Shown here: piece after piece, positions 60,318 through 64,000 of the stretch
Numbering within the stretch: the stretch's first letter is position 1
How the letters are laid out: the number at the start of each line of letters is the position of its first letter
Assembly (NCBI RefSeq): GCF_024521635.1
Contig: NW_026250403.1
Location: 62,001 to 126,000, forward strand
Length of the DNA stretch: 64,000 nt
Source of the DNA: Tricharina praecox
Taxonomy: Eukaryota
Reading direction: 5' to 3'
Made by a program: the position numbers and the translations under genes
The notes under the pieces: generated by a model
Databases searched by the model: none
Seen by the model: the letters and a program-made list of their open reading frames with translations, nothing else
Told to the model about the DNA's origin: nothing

Positions 60318-61538
60318 GGTAACGGGGTCTCAACCCCCGGCCGGCCAGAGTGGGCAGGAAAGGAGTCCGACGGTTCACCATAGTCTAGATGCGTGGCTAC
60401 ATGCGAAATAATTTGAAGATCTCTCTCTCACGTACGCGCAAATGATACATAACCGGTGTGGATAGTGATCGAAGCGGAGGTTCGTGACTTGTGACTTGTG
60501 AGAAGCCGATTCGACGAAGCGGGGTAGCCGGTAGTCCCCGCTTCAGTCAGGCGGTGGTGATGGTTATACCTCTCAGAGCGTCAACGGCATGGTGATACTT
60601 CAACTTCGTGAGTGTCCCTTCGTTGGCTCCGCAGTCCGCACGCACGTGGAACCTGGCGAATACTCCGCTTACGTGGAGGGCGCGAGTGATAAACTATACA
60701 CCTGGCAGTGCCGCATTACATGTACCCCGGGATACCGGTATGTCTGCATACCCTCGCCTCCACCACGACCAGAGTATAGAAAACCGAGATCGCGGTGGAA
60801 GGATGCATTTTTGATATATGTCCATTGATGTTGGTGAATTCCAGGTCCAGTATTTGCCCCATTTGTTGGTCCGTGCCGAGACCGCGGGTGCGGCCTGCAA
60901 TATGTCCGCACTCCCTCCCCAAACAATTCCCAGGCGAATCCTACTGGTCCGTTAGTATCCGCCATGTTTGTTGATCCGCTGTGAGATCGCTGGTCGCGGG
61001 TAGGTGACGCCGTTTGTTGTCCAGTTGGTGTTGTCCAAGTGGTCCCCAGGTTCCCACTCCAAACGTCTCCCATCAGCCCACGTTGTCACAGTCAAGGAAT
61101 TGAAAACTAAGATATGGCGTATGGACGATTTGTTGGTGTACTTTCTTTCCGATCGGCGCCGGTAGTGTGGTGTCCTGGTGCTGGCCCTGATGCTGGTCCT
61201 CGTGGTGGTGGTGGCGTTATTGGTGTTGGTGGTGGTGGTGGTAGTGAGGAAAAAGAAGGAGGAAGAGAAAGAAGGAAGAGAAAGAAGGAAGGGAAAGAAG
61301 GAAGGGAAGTAGAATGTGTGGGGAAGAAGAAGCAGCCCTAGGGCTAGTTGTCCTTCAAAGGGTCGAGTGATACCGTCACTAGCTAGCAGAACGACCCTCC
61401 AAAAAGCAAGACTCACACTTCAAGCCATCCGGTAGCGGAGTCTCCACCCGGCCGGCCAGAGTGGGCAGGAAAGGAGTGCGATGGTTTACCATAGTCTAGA
61501 TAGGCTGCATGCGAAATAAACTGAAGATCTCTCTCACG
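60318..61538. repeat. ~110-bp imperfect direct repeat pair (60318-60432 and 61431-61538)
   Basis: Shared core CCGGCCGGCCAGAGTGGGCAGGAAAGGAGT..GA.GGTT.ACCATAGTCTAGAT...CATGCGAAATAA..TGAAGATCTCTCTC. Confidence 0.9.
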
Positions 61539-62087
61539 CCCTATAGGTCTGGCTCTGGGTGGTGCCCTTGCTCTAAAACATTGTTCATATATACTTAGTA
61601 CCAGTCGGGCGTGTGTGATCAAAGGTAATGGACCACCTGAGACAGACTGTTAGGGATCCCAGTTAAGGATTTCTGCGGATAGTCATGGAGTTAGTGATAC
61701 CCGCGAAGATGTATGATGGAGAGTCCTCAAGTGACGGTGCTTGGATCCTATGTACGGAATAGTTAGACGTAATCGGCCATTGAGAGATCCCGTTCACACC
61801 GCGTCGAAGCTTCAAAGAGAAGATGAAGAAGATGAGACAATTTCACTCCAAGACGAATGACTTCTAAACCAAACGAAATCAAACTTTCTCCACCCCTACA
61901 CCCCTACACCCATCATCCCCGATTACTTCTGAAGGCCCGCTTCCTGCTTGCTTACACTCCTGCTCATCCTCGGTGGCGGAAGTAACATCAGCGGCGTCGG
62001 CGTCTTCAGCGTTTTGGTGTCCTCGGTGCCTTCGGCACATCAGTCTGCAGTACACCCGGTTTGTCAGCGGACGTACAAATGTATTCT

Positions 62088-64000
62088 CTATGAGTGAGAA
62101 CCTACAGTCGCCGCGGGACTGGCAACCAGAATCGCTGGAACTTTCTTTCCTTCAAGAAGCTCGCCAACGACCTCTTGGGGCGCCTGTACAATGACTTTCG
62201 GCTCTTCCGTGTTTTCCGCATTAGTCGGTACATCTAGGTCCATTTTATTTGCCTCATCGGGTTCCGCAACCTCTTCTTTGTCCGCATCCATATTGGCGTC
62301 ACCAGTATCCTCTTCCTCATTCTTATCAAGGTCCATACTGTCATTTTCATTCTCCTTCTGGGCATCCTTGCTGTTGTCTTTAGCGTCCCCATCATCTGCC
62401 ATCATAACCTGCGAAAACAAGCGTTTGGAGGGTCTAGCAGAGGGAGATTTGCGTGTATCAGGTTGTTCCTCATCGCTCACCTCTTCTTCTTCGTCCTCTT
62501 CTTCCACTTCCACAGCTTTACCTTCATCTTCAACTTCTTCCTCATCGTCCTCTTCCTCGTCTTCCTCTTTCTCATCCTCTTTCTCATCCTCATCCTCATC
62601 CTCTTCCACTTCCACTTCCACTTCCACTTCCTCTTCCTCTTCCTTATCCTCATCCTCTTCCTCATCCTCCGACTCGGTCGTATCCCCATCGTCGCTATCA
62701 TCTCGCGGCACCTTTCGGGTTGAGCATCGCAGAGTAGGCGACTCACCACCCGGCGGCGTGTCAAACTTGACCCTCTTTGCGCAGGGGACATCTCTATCCA
62801 GCATGAGCGGGGGGACCATCTTCTGCTTGATACTCAGGGCCATATTGGCGGTGGGCCCATCCTCTACCGCCGCATCCGCTTCCGTACCTGTGAAACAATG
62901 ATCGTGCACCGATTTCCAAAGCTCATTTGACGCGGCGGTAGGCTTGTTCGCTTTGGCTGCACGATTGCACACCTCGGTGACTGCAGCCCAGAGCTGTTTT
63001 GCCAGCTTGTAGTAGCGGAACTCCGTCATGCTGCACACGGCCCGCGCCATGCGCTGGTGGTCTTCGCCTTTGGTCTTTTTGCTGAGCCATGGGTAGTTTG
63101 TGGGTGTGGCGAGACTCTTCTCAGCAACGGTGATGGATGGCACCCCCCTTTTGCTTACTTTCCACTCGAGGTTGAGATATGAGACCACGAAATGCTGCCA
63201 GGCTTCGAATAGGCGCTTCTGCAGGTGTTTCCGCTTCCTAGAATGGAACGTTGTGATATCCAATTTTTTGAGCTTCGGCAGAAAGAATTCGCTCCCAGGC
63301 TTGTCCGAGACACCGGTCTCGACCGGGAATTCATTGGCTGGGAACCACCAGTTAATCCAGCCGTTAGATGTCCTCAGAGTAGCGCTGTCGAGTGCCATCC
63401 ACTCTGTTAATGTCCGTCCATGGCCGGCCGTACCGGGAAGACAGAAGAAGCTGACAAATTGATCGTCTGTAGCCTGATGGTTGCTCTGGTTCCCGATGAG
63501 TTAGCTGCCCCGTGACTTGGTATCAAAAATAGGAGAGGTGGGGATATCAACCTCAGGGTCTGCTGTGTCTTCTCCGGAGTCTTTTGTGTCTCTCTCCGGT
63601 TCCCTGCAGCTTGCAACCTGTCTGCCTGGCGGCTGCATTCCGCTCATGACACAGTAATCGGGTGCGTAAACATACAGCGACTTAGCATCCGGGCCGTGGA
63701 TGTCTTTGATTCCATACTGCCACTGATCCCTTGGACGTTGCCGCGCAAAAGGCTTCATCCCGACACTCTCCTGCATCGTCCCAAACCAGGCATGCGCCGC
63801 GTCGATCTCTTCAACATGGGCGGAGGCCTCAAATGGTGATAGCATGGCAAATTCCCGGACTTGACTTTGCTGAACGCCTTCACGCAAATCCTCTTCCAAT
63901 TCGGATAGGGGATAATTATCTGCGACGTAAGCTTCTAATACCCTGAAGAAATAGACATCTATCTGCCAGGTCATGATCCGTCTCCATATCACCGATTGGT
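62088..64000 (-). CDS. Partial hypothetical protein with a long Asp/Glu tract; 5' end likely beyond the window; intron 63486-63551; 3' end uncertain
   Basis: ORFs 63501-63992 and 62088-63398 join in frame through GAG|GTTGAT...GCTAAC...CCAG|AGC. A further intron near 62044-62105 is possible. No family recognised. Confidence 0.65.

Overview
GC-rich, intron-containing genomic DNA from a filamentous ascomycete. Evidence: 50-90 nt GT-AG introns with CTRAC branch points, an AA9 LPMO, a PTH11-type receptor and an FTR1/FET3 pair. About 17 protein genes and one intron-containing tRNA-Arg(CCT) are separated by long microsatellite-rich intergenic DNA. In order: acetylpolyamine amidohydrolase/HDAC-family gene; Arg-rich orphan; AA9 LPMO followed by a membrane-anchored cupredoxin; orphan membrane protein; PTH11-like protein; tRNA; conserved hypothetical; secreted HNH/DUF1524 nuclease; RNase III+dsRBD; a metal-related block at 40.2-51.6 kb (membrane-anchored heme-oxygenase-like diiron enzyme, CorA-like channel with GVE instead of GMN, FTR1 and FET3 divergent around SreA-type GATA sites); a degenerate MITE; RING-ZZ-SH3 E3 ligase; small Gly/Met-rich protein; F-box/Cys-rich protein with apparent tandem chromodomains; and a partial acidic protein at the right edge. 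Best candidates for something undescribed: the HDO + CorA-like + FTR1/FET3 block, the F-box-chromodomain fusion, and the LPMO-adjacent cupredoxin with Phe at the axial ligand position. All gene models and family calls were made by eye; no searches were run.
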